A DNA stretch of 63,545 nucleotides from a virus. Its lineage: Duplodnaviria > Caudoviricetes. Below, piece by piece: positions 9,001 through 19,321 of this stretch; the first letter of the stretch is position 1; each line of letters begins with the position of its first letter. The notes below the pieces were generated by a model. That model was not told the origin of the DNA, did not search any database, and was given only the letters and a program-made list of their open reading frames with translations. The position numbers were made by a program, and so were the translations under genes. Location: the IMG/VR virus record IMGVR_UViG_3300010155_000006, positions 1-63,545 of that record; one strand, 5' to 3'.

Positions 9001-11176
9001 TAGAAAAGTGTGGATTGATAATATAGAGTTTGAAAAAATAGATGTAGAAGAAGAAGAAGTTCAACTCACACCCCCACCAAATCCACCAATTATCCGAAAG
9101 GATAGACCTTTAGCTAAGAAAAAGAAAGAACAAAAACTTATAAGTAAGAATACTAGAAGAGAAATTGCTAATACGGTATTAATGAAAATGGTAACCGAAT
9201 GTGATTATTTTGATTTAATAAAAGAAGAAAACGAATTTATTTATGATAGATTAAGTGAAAAGTTTAAGTTTTTCCAACCTGCTTTTCATTCTATTACCCC
9301 TGAAGGGTTAAATAGTAGATTAACCTTTCTTAACCAATGTGTTAGACCGGGAGCCACTATTCCTACCAAACAAGAAGGTGGTGGGTTAAGTACCGGTGTG
9401 GATGCAAAAAATACTGCCTTTGGTGCTCCACCCATATGTGTTTTAAGAATTGGAGATTTTTACCATACTAAAATTGCTATTGGAAATATTGGATTTTCCT
9501 ATGATGATAATTTATTGGATTTAAATCCAGAAGGTATAGGGGTACAACCGATGATTGCGAGTGTAACTTTAACTTTTAATTATCTTGGTGGTCAAGGAAT
9601 AAAAGAACCAGTCAATAGATTACAAAATGCTTTATCTTTTAATTATTATGCTAATACAGAAATGTATGATTCACGGTCCATCTTAACTGTTACAGATGAA
9701 GACCCAGATGAGGCAGCGTGGTTAAAGGAGAATGCTGATTTAGTAGGGACAACCCAAGAGACAGGTTCAGGTGACCCAGAAGAAGCAGCTAATAAACAGG
9801 AAGAAGCAGACACATCACCTAATGATGGTTTTACCATAGGTAATAGAGAAAACCAAGTATTAACCGAAAGTGGGGAAACTGGAACCATAAAGTATGATAC
9901 AAAATTTAATGAATTAAATTCACAAACATATAATTATTTTCACGAAACTCACCAGTCCATTTATGATGTTATGAGCACATTAAATTATGGTGTTATACAA
10001 GTATATTTTAGTGATAAAATATGGAATGAAGGTGAATATTATGAAGCAGACACAGATTCAACCATAACTCCTTTTACGTTAAACGGAGAATTAATAGGTG
10101 TAGGTAAGGATTACGATGCCAGGCTCACTGAAATAGTGAATATATATAGAGGAAAGATTAAAAGTGAAACCACCTATATTCAAGGACAAGCAGATAACTT
10201 TTTATCAGGAGGTGAAAAAAGAAAATTAAAAAAGTTTTTGGAACAAAAATTAACTAATGCAGATGCAGACTTAAGACAAGTTTTTAGTGATTTAGATGAA
10301 GGTTTGAAGAAGACACATTTAAATTATTTAAAAGAAGTTAATGCGTTTAATGTTGTTAATAGATATACAGATGGATTTATAGAAAATGGTAAAACTACTG
10401 TTTTTAGATTAAGTGGTGGAACGCCAGTATACGAAACTTCATCACTGGACTTCCAACCTACATGGCCTAGTAACACATTAAAGGAATTAGGAAATGATTA
10501 CAAATATCTCACTAATAGTTTAAGTTGTTATTCTAAAATTATGAATGGTAGTATATTGGTAGACCTTAATGGATATAATACCGCATCTGCAGCAGCACTT
10601 ACCCAATCAGGAAAATATAATAGTAATCCTGGTGGCATTAATTTCATTCAAACTTCGGATGAATCTCCCAAACTTAATCAAACTATTTTATTTGAGTATT
10701 TTCTATTCTCAGAACAAATGATTGATAAAAATACTGTAGCCCCATTGAATGTTCCACAGTTTAAAGAAGATAATATTTATGCAGAGACAGGTGAAGGTGA
10801 ATTTTTTACTGAATTAAAAACTGCATTAGGCATATCGGAACCAGAACCTAATTGGATTAGTGATATGAGAGTATTAATGAATCAGGCGATTGCTGAAAAT
10901 GAAAATTTTTATTTAACACAATTGTGGGAAATTCAAAACGACGTAATTTATGTATTAGCCCAAATTGTGGATGATAATGTCCTTGTAGATGGATTAGCTA
11001 GTGATAGTGATTTAGGTACTAAAGGAGATACCAGCACTAGACCAGTTATTAGTAAAGATAAACCTAGAGAACTATTATATGAAAAAGAGTCTAATGGGGT
11101 TTATGAAGAATATATTAGAGAATACAATAGTGACACCAATAGTGATAATGATACCTTTAATTTAAAATTTAACTAA
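6065..11176 (+). CDS. Giant baseplate/tail-tube-initiator-like protein with internal OmpA-like domain
   Basis: 1703 aa; 'WTENNFVGRPEPVYTYNNTNRTGTLRF' and 'APPICVLRIGD' tube-initiator-like motifs; 'GAASSIASSDYNVDLSKRRLDAVK' OmpA-C-like motif. Confidence 0.6.
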   Translation: MPGLPQNDNKKPNLSFSGTKALRDLMLSKNLPNPTTTPYFDKRNTGPDDFTDGQVRVDSLRDLAVPDQPTVDEQAEFYIDKAYLANAYGPSGGFSDWIQIYDVSQKIAKVNEGEYPNFTAPETGAGLFGANPFRTVAKYYSPIDILLGVTAEGLLSTTLLEDSALQQQGALALRREFQSRIQQELYQETIGRLNFVDALKDPFKALDIVTGRESLIERDNNITVPKSLVGKGLDFVSRLTGVYVPYSYIPGDYFELEPPRGLGTAGKIISDVTGILGSLIGIPRRRQSPSQRFLDYTGGASKNQLFKHIRYNVYGPQYGEGAQAQTAIGAGFGEAIDFIKGGILGAGNFPPNPPQYVGGPRNRIADMTSPPESTYAGKNYVPQFGPDAVAKEFDSNEYDFGMKGRTYINQGNVPGGFTWFTDSSGRGKLAEFFGAGPGPQEPGTSQGAEGSTDDTKEYQTPPDYDRTKSTNYDFRDDSVMDVTQQIIDSVPKGGAKLKSVSHAMNQVSKVFNDGYKELTKGSRVRTYINTDPINEEVASDKNKPKNGVGRGAEVAREYCRVWTKDIPYYTYGRLMKTRMNHRKETYSVLDSPYNLNIAPWRTDETGKGSTNIVGGKVKKYMFSLENLAWRTSSAKGLTYDDLPTCEKGPNGGRIMWFPPYDLQVDESSNANWTENNFVGRPEPVYTYNNTNRTGTLRFKIVVDHPSILNLIVRKYLKNMTPEETDGIVDSFFAGCKNFDIYDLARKWPQFSVNELAGLQEQLDNKNLTKEGKGKIAQDTITDVETVIEPTPEIPNLDDYKGLTFYFQNDQPNPNSRDKTSKQPFNILAGDYLTVSARDTNVGEALEQDKDSFRNFYNETMINHWDTKWPAFAKELYKILTGGLYKVRLSFKGAASSIASSDYNVDLSKRRLDAVKQLFENYTLGNENAFKEYMTKDILTNFEGQALGESICNSEQRDANGDISQPKAISAVYSQAAAQCRKVWIDNIEFEKIDVEEEEVQLTPPPNPPIIRKDRPLAKKKKEQKLISKNTRREIANTVLMKMVTECDYFDLIKEENEFIYDRLSEKFKFFQPAFHSITPEGLNSRLTFLNQCVRPGATIPTKQEGGGLSTGVDAKNTAFGAPPICVLRIGDFYHTKIAIGNIGFSYDDNLLDLNPEGIGVQPMIASVTLTFNYLGGQGIKEPVNRLQNALSFNYYANTEMYDSRSILTVTDEDPDEAAWLKENADLVGTTQETGSGDPEEAANKQEEADTSPNDGFTIGNRENQVLTESGETGTIKYDTKFNELNSQTYNYFHETHQSIYDVMSTLNYGVIQVYFSDKIWNEGEYYEADTDSTITPFTLNGELIGVGKDYDARLTEIVNIYRGKIKSETTYIQGQADNFLSGGEKRKLKKFLEQKLTNADADLRQVFSDLDEGLKKTHLNYLKEVNAFNVVNRYTDGFIENGKTTVFRLSGGTPVYETSSLDFQPTWPSNTLKELGNDYKYLTNSLSCYSKIMNGSILVDLNGYNTASAAALTQSGKYNSNPGGINFIQTSDESPKLNQTILFEYFLFSEQMIDKNTVAPLNVPQFKEDNIYAETGEGEFFTELKTALGISEPEPNWISDMRVLMNQAIAENENFYLTQLWEIQNDVIYVLAQIVDDNVLVDGLASDSDLGTKGDTSTRPVISKDKPRELLYEKESNGVYEEYIREYNSDTNSDNDTFNLKFN

Positions 11177-11177
11177 T

Positions 11178-11597
11178 ATGTCTAATTATTATAACAGATA
11201 TTCAGATTTTAACATCAACGGAGAAAATATAACCGTCCCCTATATAAAATTACCTTCTAAATCTACTGATAAGAGAGTAATATATAAGGTAGGGAGGTCA
11301 CGTTTAGATAAAGTTAGTCAACAATATTATGAGAGTCCGTACTTTGGTTGGTTAATATTACAAGCTAATCCTTCTGTTGGGGGTTTAGAGTGGAATATTA
11401 AAGATGGGCAAGTATTGATTGTACCATATCCTTTAGTAGCTTCTTTACAGGTTTATAAAACAGCGATAGATAATCATTTCTTTTTTTACGGTAAAAGTTT
11501 ACCAACAAAGAATTACGCAGTTCCCTATATAGAAAGTAAACCCATAACGGAGGTGGCACCAACCACTAACAAGAATATTGGTGGTTCCTCTTATTAA
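11178..11597 (+). CDS. Baseplate wedge gp53/LysM-like (tail X-like) protein
   Basis: 'RLDKVSQQYYESPYFGWLILQANP...IKDGQVLIVP'. Confidence 0.7.
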   Translation: MSNYYNRYSDFNINGENITVPYIKLPSKSTDKRVIYKVGRSRLDKVSQQYYESPYFGWLILQANPSVGGLEWNIKDGQVLIVPYPLVASLQVYKTAIDNHFFFYGKSLPTKNYAVPYIESKPITEVAPTTNKNIGGSSY

Positions 11598-11610
11598 ATT
11601 ATGTAAATAG

Positions 11611-14600
11611 ATGGCAAATGAGATTTTAAATGGTGACGATGTACTAGTTGAATTTTCAGAGAATAATATTCTTTTAGTTGACCCCAATCGCATATACCAA
11701 AATGGTCAAGCGGTTGATAGGGCAGTTAAACATGAAAATTTAACCATTTATGCCAATCTTAAAGCACGAGTAGTACCACGTAGTAAATTAATTAGTGGTG
11801 TAGGAATTGATAGTGAAACTCCAGAAGCATTTGTAGATGTGTTTGAAGGGGAAATAAATTTTTTAAAACCTGGTTCAAAAGAGTATATGACTACTGATTG
11901 GGCCGATAGTCAAACAGGTAAAGGATTTAATGTAGCAACAGGAGGGGGTAATTTAAATCAAAAAGTTTATACTACTTTAAAAGATATCAATACAGGTGAA
12001 GATGTAACAACAGAAAAAATTACTAATAAGTTAGATACCGAATCTTTTGGAATAGAAAGTATTTCAGTTACCCTAAACAGGTCATACACCCCAACAGTTC
12101 AAATAAATTTTGTTGATGTAAGAGGACAAACTCTTTTTGAACAAGGAAAAGATTCACCATATGCTGCTTTTTTCCAACTCCCCTACCCTCTTTTTAAATT
12201 AATTTTAAAGGGGTATTATGGGAAAGCCGTGGAGTACCAACTTATGTGTCAAAAGTTTAATGCTTCATTTGACGCTAGTAGTGGAAATTATATTGTTACC
12301 TGTTCTTTTATTGGTAGAATATCTGCTCTTCTTAATGACATAACATTACAAGAACTTAAAATGGCTCCTTATATGTTTTCAAAAACATATGAAATAAATG
12401 ATGGAGAAAGTGACCCCAGAACAGTAATAACCAGTAAAGGAAGACAAACACTACATGAGGTTTATACAGGATATAAAAATCTAGGCCTTGTGAGTCAAGG
12501 ATTACCTGAAATGACATTAGTAGAGTTAATTGAAAAGGTGGAAAAGCTTGAGACAGATATCCAACAAAACCTAAAAAAAGAAGACTTAGAGGGATTAGAT
12601 GATATTGATAATTATGAAAGAAATGTTTTAAATTATAGAAGAAAGATTTTAGAATCTGGTGGTTGGAAATATATCCATATGGAGCATAAATTAGACTCCC
12701 CACAACATTTTATTGTTAATCACAACACCCAACAAAAGTACTACAGATGGACTAAATTTTATCAAGACGATGTTGAAAAAAGAACTAATGCTTTAACAGA
12801 GTTAGATAAACACATAGAAACGTATAATAATTTATTATTAGATAATAAGACATTTGGTAAAAATGGTATTAGTGCTATTCCTATTAATATTACATTTAAT
12901 GATTTTTTAGCTCCCCCAAGTGACCTTATAGCGATGGGAGAAGCCCCAGACGCTCAATGGTTTATTTTTGACACACGGGCTACCACTTTTGGAGTTAAAA
13001 TCGGTAAAATAATTGCTCAGTTTAACGCTAAAAGAAATCAAATAGAACAGAAGATTACAGGAAAGATTAATAGCACAGTTATTGATATATTAGGATTTAA
13101 ACCCACCATTAGAAATTTATTTGCTATTTTAATAGCTCAAGCAGATACATTTTTAAGATTAATGGATGAAACCCACACTAAAGCATTTGCAGTAAGAGAT
13201 AGTCAGTATAGATTAGAGGCCGTAAAGGGAGATGGTAAATCCAATCAAAATACGGAACCACCAGAACAACCTTTTGTATATCCATGGCCCCATTATTATG
13301 TTAGAAAAGAAACTGAAGGAACCACTTCATTTGTAAGTACTTATCCCGGTGCATATATGGTACAAGATAAAATTATGTCCTATGATGCTACATTATGGCC
13401 TGAGGTAAATTTTGTGGAAGAGTACCTCAAAGCTCACACCGTAAAAGATAATGCAGTTGGTTCAGAATTCACCAACACTTCTATATCACAAAAATGGTTA
13501 CCCATAACATCATTTGATTTATTTGAAAATGATTTATATGCTATTGCTTCATATACTACTTTAAGTTATGAGATTTGGGACAGAGCCACCGTACATACTT
13601 TTTTTTCAGGCATTATTCCTAGAATTACCACCAATCAGGGAAGTGGTGTTTTGGATGCATGGGGAATGTTTGAAGCGTTAAATATAAAACAAAGAACTCA
13701 AGGATTTTTTCAAATACGAGAATTCTGGAAAAATCAAACTTTTAATTATAATACATTTTTAGACTATCTAAAAGAGTTAGCTCCCCTCACCGATTACCAA
13801 ATATTGTTAGAAGATAATTACAATACTCCTTATTTAAGAACAAAAATTCATAATAGTAGATTTTCTTTATTACCAGCAAGTCAATTTGAGGGGGTAATAT
13901 ATAGTGTAGATGATGCAGATATAAAAAATGAAGAAGCATTGCTTGAATCGGTTTTACAAGTTCGAGTGGATAGAGATAATATTTTGGAAACATATCCACT
14001 TTCAGATTTTCTTTCACCAAGTTCAAATATAGAACCATTCCCGTGGGTTAAAGAAAATTTAGCGGGGGGTCAATATATAAAGAGTTACGAAGAATTGAAT
14101 TATATTCACAATGGTGTTCAGTACGGTAAAGACCAAAAAATGTACACCTCCTTTCCTTATGAAGATACCTTACCCCTTAATGTAAGATTTTATTCTAATG
14201 CCCGTTGGGCAGTTAGTAAACTTCGTGAAACTTGGGATGCTATCGGACTAAAAAAAGTGAAAATTGAGGAATTCCAACTGTATTACCAAGATATCCTTAC
14301 CAAGCGAACCACTGAAACCGACCATAACACTAACCTTAAATATAAAGAGGTATATGATAACTATATTTTAAAAGAAAATTTCGTACACGGCAAGAATCAT
14401 AATATGTTTTTAACAGAAGGACCTCTTAATTACGGTAATCAATATTCGGGCAATACCACCCCTACTCAGGTTACATCTATTTTAAATACTCCATATTTTA
14501 TTAATGGGTTGATTCAAGGAATTAATAATGAAATTAATGATTCACCAACCCCATATGTGGCAGCATCCTATTTGTTTTTAAATTCTCTACCTTTAGGTAC

Positions 14601-17600
14601 TCTAAGAGAAAAAACTATTGAGAGTATTGGAAATATTAGTGTATATGGAGACTATATTGCTAAAGTTTTAAATCAAGTTTCTGCAGTTCATCCACTTCCC
14701 TACGCATGGATTTTAAAATACGGGAGTATTTGGCACCGGTATAAGAATTTCGTTAAAACAGGAACTGACATTTTGACAGATGTGTGGGATAATTATGATG
14801 CTGGTACCTATTTTAATGCAGATAATGGTATTTCTCACACCTATAATTTAGATGTTGGACCCAGTAATAGTTCTATCACCTTTGGAGGACAATGGTATAT
14901 TGGAGGTAATTTTACAAAAATGAATGTGGGTGTTTATCCTGAATTAAATAATTTAATAAATTATTTTATCACAGGCCGTTTATTGTACAATGGAACCAAC
15001 ATTACAGGAGCACCATTAACTAGTAACGAAATTAATGCATTTATTAGTAATGATGCATTAATATTAAAAGAAGCAAATGAATTAATCATTAATACCGAAC
15101 CCAATACTTTAAATCAAGATATGAATTGTAGTTTCTGGTATGGTTATTATGATTTAAGTAGAGATGGTTATTTAACGGGTTATAGTCCTACACAATATTA
15201 TTTATTCCCTTCTTGTGGTGGAATGAAAACACAACAACTCCAATTTGAGACTAAAGAATCAATAGATTTACTTAATAATCCTAGTGTGCATAATGGGGCA
15301 ATTCGTTTAGCGTGGGGAATGTCCAACTACGGGTTTTTCCAACATAATAAAAATACTTTTCCTTCTCCTACTCAATATTTCAAAGTTATAGATTCAGAAG
15401 AAAATGAACAATATGCTTTTAATATTACTAACCAAAGTGAATACGCAAGTATTGAGGAATTATTTGATATTTTTACTCCCGACATATTAGACGTATTTGA
15501 ACAATATTTTTTAAATTTTTCTGAAAAAGATTCAGCAGTTTCATTTTTACTTCCAGGGTTTTCCGGAACTACACACGCCGACGGAGTATTACCTGACGAT
15601 AATTATGCTCCTACCTCTGCTACATTAGGGGTGACTAACTATAAAAGTTTCCAAAGCATTATTAGAAATATATTGGTGGTGGACCACAGTGCGGTGAAGG
15701 ATGCTACAGACAACACCCAACTTAGTTTTAATTTAGGTGAAGCACAACTGACTAAAATTAATTCCGTACTTACTCATTTTTTGAGTGAAAAAATGGCTTT
15801 TAATTTTTACAACCCAAAAGATATTGACCCACGAGTATTAAGAAGTTTTGCGGGTAGTGCAAAGTTTTATGAGTTTGGACCAACAGACGGCGTAGAAGAC
15901 CGTACCACAAATACCTATACGGGCAATTTACCTCCAGAAATATCGTTTAGCCAATCACAACTCGATTATCCATTAGAGTGGGAAACACTTAAATTAGAGG
16001 TGGGATTTTATACGGACCCAGTTTACCCAACCCAAACATTTACTATTCCTTATTTTTCAGGTGGTTTACCCGTAGGGACTATACAAGTTACTGGAACAAG
16101 TCTTACCACTTCAGCATTATCCTATAGTGGAAATAGTTCTCTAGTAACTGATTTCTTTAGGGAAATGAATATAGCTTTTACTATACCCAACATTAAAGCC
16201 TTGAGAAAGGTAATTAGAATGTATGTTACCCAACGGATTAATAATAAAGCGTTGGTTCCTGGTTATTCTGGTGATACCACTGTTCAGACTACTTTTAGAA
16301 CCCAAGTCCAAACACTAATGGACAAATTAGACACCGCACAAGGAGATTTATTAGAACAATTATTTGAAGATATGAGAAAGATATTTCCAGACATTAGAGA
16401 GACACAAGCAGATGAAGCTAAAAAAAATACTGCAATGCAAACTGATGAAAATAAGTTGGAACAATATCTTTTGTTTAAAGCATTTAACGATAAATGGATT
16501 GGGGGTGAGGATTATAGTAGCAAATTTTTGTTTAAAGATTTTTTATTTTTTGATGTTGCCAATAGGGATATTGGAGACGTGGCTATTTTAGATACAGATA
16601 GAATTAAAGAGTTTAATAATCCAGACAACGCAAAGCTAAGTTTATTACATATTATTAGTAGAATGTTACAAGGTAACTTTTTTAATTTTTTAGCACTCCC
16701 TAGTTATATCAATTTTTATGGTATAACCTCTACGGGAAATAATACCATACCAAAACTTAGTACTAGAGAAGAAGCAAATGCATTATTTGGTACTCATTTA
16801 GAAGTAGATTTTTTAGATTCTTCACCAAAATTTTTATGTCAATATGTGGGGGAAACCTCGAATCAGTTAGCAGACTTGAATGAGAAAACAAAATATAATA
16901 ACGATTCTTTTAATATAGGTAGAACAGCAGACAACCCTCTATTTTCTAATTGTTACGACCCACAGAGATGCAATAAAGTAGTAGCTTTTGCCGTAGATTT
17001 TGGAATACAAAGTCAAGGGATTTTTAAAGGGATTAGTTTGGACACCACAGAATTTCAAAATACATCTGAGTCTTATGGTATATTAGAGGCAATGGCTCAA
17101 TCCACCAACGATAAAAGTATAAAATCACAAGGGTTAAATTTATTTAATGTATATAAGTCAAGGTCTTACACTTGTAAAATTGAGGCTATGGGAAATGTCT
17201 GTATCCAACCCACAATGTATTTTAGTTTAAGACATGTTCCAATGTTTAATGGTCCATATATGATATTAAGTGTAGAACATAACATTCAACCTAATACGAT
17301 GACTACAACATTTACGGGGGTTAGAGTACCATTCCATCAATTACCAGCAATTGAAAATTTAGTGGGAAAAGTGAATAAATCTTTTATTAATAAGATAAAA
17401 ACAAAAATAAAGAATGAGGAGGCTCTTGCTACACAAGGTGGGTTTGACGCGGAAAATGAAGATGAAGAAAAAGTACATGCTGCTACTACTTGGCCTGCGG
17501 CTAATAGCGATAAAGTAAAAATGTTGATTATTCATGTAACTGGAGGATTGGATTATGGTTCGAACCCCGTAGAACGAATTAATAAACAACATAAAGATAG

Positions 17601-18246
17601 AGGTTTTGCGGGGATTGGATATCATTATGTAATTTCTAGAGGTACTGGAGGGAGCAGGCCAGATGGTACATTATATGCTGCACGTCCCGACACATATATT
17701 GGGGCACATGTCCGGGGTAAAAATACAGAATCTTTGGGTATTTCTATGATAGCGGACTGTGCAAAAATAGGGTATTATGACAGTAAAGGTGATTATGCAA
17801 CAACTGCACAAAAAACAACTTTGGAATGGGTATTATTAGCTCTTTTATTTAAAAAAAGAATTTTTTACCTTAAAAAGGTTAGTGGGAAATTAGAATTATA
17901 TATTAGGCCTATTAATATTACCGTAACGGACCCTGAAAATATAAGTGACAGTACTAGAGGAGTAACATCTGCTATATGGTATAAAGTAATAAAAGGACAT
18001 AATGATTTTACTAATAGAAAAAGATGTCCCTGTTTTAAAGTACAAACAGCATTAAATGGTACATTCGGCATTAATCTAAGAAAGAATTTAGCAATTATTA
18101 TACAAGAAATAAACATGTCATTAGACAATGCAAGTATAAATAATGAGGCACAAAGTATTGCCTTTAGTAAACTAGGGTCAGGACGAACTTTAGTGGCGAC
18201 ACCATACCAACCAGATAAAGAGGGAGATATTAAGACTTTGGCCTAA
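11611..18246 (+). CDS. Giant baseplate hub protein with C-terminal N-acetylmuramoyl-L-alanine amidase (Amidase_2)
   Basis: 2211 aa; hub-like 'YTCKIEAMGNVCIQPTMYF...GPYMILSVEHNI...TTTFTGVR'; amidase motifs 'IIHVT', 'GFAGIGYHYVI', 'GAHVRGKN', 'GHNDF', 'KRCPCF'. Confidence 0.7.
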   Translation: MANEILNGDDVLVEFSENNILLVDPNRIYQNGQAVDRAVKHENLTIYANLKARVVPRSKLISGVGIDSETPEAFVDVFEGEINFLKPGSKEYMTTDWADSQTGKGFNVATGGGNLNQKVYTTLKDINTGEDVTTEKITNKLDTESFGIESISVTLNRSYTPTVQINFVDVRGQTLFEQGKDSPYAAFFQLPYPLFKLILKGYYGKAVEYQLMCQKFNASFDASSGNYIVTCSFIGRISALLNDITLQELKMAPYMFSKTYEINDGESDPRTVITSKGRQTLHEVYTGYKNLGLVSQGLPEMTLVELIEKVEKLETDIQQNLKKEDLEGLDDIDNYERNVLNYRRKILESGGWKYIHMEHKLDSPQHFIVNHNTQQKYYRWTKFYQDDVEKRTNALTELDKHIETYNNLLLDNKTFGKNGISAIPINITFNDFLAPPSDLIAMGEAPDAQWFIFDTRATTFGVKIGKIIAQFNAKRNQIEQKITGKINSTVIDILGFKPTIRNLFAILIAQADTFLRLMDETHTKAFAVRDSQYRLEAVKGDGKSNQNTEPPEQPFVYPWPHYYVRKETEGTTSFVSTYPGAYMVQDKIMSYDATLWPEVNFVEEYLKAHTVKDNAVGSEFTNTSISQKWLPITSFDLFENDLYAIASYTTLSYEIWDRATVHTFFSGIIPRITTNQGSGVLDAWGMFEALNIKQRTQGFFQIREFWKNQTFNYNTFLDYLKELAPLTDYQILLEDNYNTPYLRTKIHNSRFSLLPASQFEGVIYSVDDADIKNEEALLESVLQVRVDRDNILETYPLSDFLSPSSNIEPFPWVKENLAGGQYIKSYEELNYIHNGVQYGKDQKMYTSFPYEDTLPLNVRFYSNARWAVSKLRETWDAIGLKKVKIEEFQLYYQDILTKRTTETDHNTNLKYKEVYDNYILKENFVHGKNHNMFLTEGPLNYGNQYSGNTTPTQVTSILNTPYFINGLIQGINNEINDSPTPYVAASYLFLNSLPLGTLREKTIESIGNISVYGDYIAKVLNQVSAVHPLPYAWILKYGSIWHRYKNFVKTGTDILTDVWDNYDAGTYFNADNGISHTYNLDVGPSNSSITFGGQWYIGGNFTKMNVGVYPELNNLINYFITGRLLYNGTNITGAPLTSNEINAFISNDALILKEANELIINTEPNTLNQDMNCSFWYGYYDLSRDGYLTGYSPTQYYLFPSCGGMKTQQLQFETKESIDLLNNPSVHNGAIRLAWGMSNYGFFQHNKNTFPSPTQYFKVIDSEENEQYAFNITNQSEYASIEELFDIFTPDILDVFEQYFLNFSEKDSAVSFLLPGFSGTTHADGVLPDDNYAPTSATLGVTNYKSFQSIIRNILVVDHSAVKDATDNTQLSFNLGEAQLTKINSVLTHFLSEKMAFNFYNPKDIDPRVLRSFAGSAKFYEFGPTDGVEDRTTNTYTGNLPPEISFSQSQLDYPLEWETLKLEVGFYTDPVYPTQTFTIPYFSGGLPVGTIQVTGTSLTTSALSYSGNSSLVTDFFREMNIAFTIPNIKALRKVIRMYVTQRINNKALVPGYSGDTTVQTTFRTQVQTLMDKLDTAQGDLLEQLFEDMRKIFPDIRETQADEAKKNTAMQTDENKLEQYLLFKAFNDKWIGGEDYSSKFLFKDFLFFDVANRDIGDVAILDTDRIKEFNNPDNAKLSLLHIISRMLQGNFFNFLALPSYINFYGITSTGNNTIPKLSTREEANALFGTHLEVDFLDSSPKFLCQYVGETSNQLADLNEKTKYNNDSFNIGRTADNPLFSNCYDPQRCNKVVAFAVDFGIQSQGIFKGISLDTTEFQNTSESYGILEAMAQSTNDKSIKSQGLNLFNVYKSRSYTCKIEAMGNVCIQPTMYFSLRHVPMFNGPYMILSVEHNIQPNTMTTTFTGVRVPFHQLPAIENLVGKVNKSFINKIKTKIKNEEALATQGGFDAENEDEEKVHAATTWPAANSDKVKMLIIHVTGGLDYGSNPVERINKQHKDRGFAGIGYHYVISRGTGGSRPDGTLYAARPDTYIGAHVRGKNTESLGISMIADCAKIGYYDSKGDYATTAQKTTLEWVLLALLFKKRIFYLKKVSGKLELYIRPINITVTDPENISDSTRGVTSAIWYKVIKGHNDFTNRKRCPCFKVQTALNGTFGINLRKNLAIIIQEINMSLDNASINNEAQSIAFSKLGSGRTLVATPYQPDKEGDIKTLA

Positions 18247-18291
18247 TAATTTTATGGTATAAGGATATATTTATAGTAAAAGAAAATAATC

Positions 18292-18498
18292 ATGGAAAAT
18301 TTAGAAAAAAAATTAGATAAATTTCTAGGTAAAAAAACTAAAACTAAAGAAGAGCTAAAAGTAGAGGAAGAAGGATTTGAAGAAGTGTGTGATAAAGATA
18401 CTGGTGAATGTTATACTATTAGGTCTAAAGATGGTTTAATAGAAAGGGTAAATAAAAAAATGGTCACCGAAGATGGTCGTACCCTTTTAATGGATTAA
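18292..18498 (+). CDS. Small hypothetical protein
   Basis: 68-aa ORF preceded by a TATTTAT motif and an A-rich leader. Confidence 0.65.
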   Translation: MENLEKKLDKFLGKKTKTKEELKVEEEGFEEVCDKDTGECYTIRSKDGLIERVNKKMVTEDGRTLLMD

Positions 18499-18512
18499 AA
18501 CTGTATATAGAA

Positions 18513-19292
18513 ATGAGTTTAATAGAAGATTTAATAGCAGAAGAATTTAAAAGATTTAATAACATTAATACTTATGTTCAAAATCTTAACGAACAATTTA
18601 TTGGGTTAGCTGGAAATACACATGCTTTCGACTTAGGAGAACAAGCCGAAACACCCCCAGAGGAAGATGAAGGAATTGACCCATTAGCTGGTGGAGAAGA
18701 AGCGATTGACCCATTAGCGGGTGGAGAAGAAGGAAGTGAGACATTAGCTGCTGGAGAAGAAGGAATTGACCCCTTAGGTGATACTGCAGAAGGTGATGTA
18801 GACCCATTAGCGGGTGGAGAAGATGGTGGAGAGACATTAACCCCACCAGTTGAGGATGAGTCAGGTAAAGAAGAACTAGATGTAACTGATATTGTTACCA
18901 TGACTAAAGAAACTGGAGAAAAGGCAGAGAATTTAGAAAAAAGTATTAATACTCAGCAAAATAGTGTAGATGCTTTAATTAGTAAATTAGATGATTTGGA
19001 AACCAAATTAGGTGATATGGATAAAATTGTTGCATCCATTGATGAATTAGAAGGTAAGTTTGAAAAATACAGACCACAGACCCCAGTAGAAAAATTGGAA
19101 TTACGATATTTGGATAGTGGCCCATTTAATCAAAAACCTAGTGATTATTGGGAAGAAAAAACCGGAGAACTAGAAAAACAAAAAGATAAACACGAGTATG
19201 TCCTCACCCAAGGTGAAGTAGAGAATTATAATGATTCAGATATTAAACAAAGTTGGACATATGAGGATGATAATGATGAAGATTCTTTTTAA
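18513..19292 (+). CDS. Acidic coiled-coil protein with internal repeats (possible scaffold/internal head protein)
   Basis: 259 aa, very E/D-rich, IDPLAGGEE repeats, heptad region 'VDALISKLDDLETKLGDMDKIV'. Confidence 0.6.
   Translation: MSLIEDLIAEEFKRFNNINTYVQNLNEQFIGLAGNTHAFDLGEQAETPPEEDEGIDPLAGGEEAIDPLAGGEEGSETLAAGEEGIDPLGDTAEGDVDPLAGGEDGGETLTPPVEDESGKEELDVTDIVTMTKETGEKAENLEKSINTQQNSVDALISKLDDLETKLGDMDKIVASIDELEGKFEKYRPQTPVEKLELRYLDSGPFNQKPSDYWEEKTGELEKQKDKHEYVLTQGEVENYNDSDIKQSWTYEDDNDEDSF
18669..18839 (+). repeat. Degenerate ~30-bp coding tandem repeat (about 5-6 units; EGIDPLAGGE)
   Basis: GACCCATTAGC(T/G)GGTGGAGAAGA recurs three times with diverged units between. Confidence 0.85.
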
Positions 19293-19321
19293 TTATATAA
19301 AATAATAGTAAAATTTAGGTG

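Noticed and set aside
18669-18839. CRISPR-like array
   Set aside because: Repeats are in-frame, degenerate, coding and have no unique spacers
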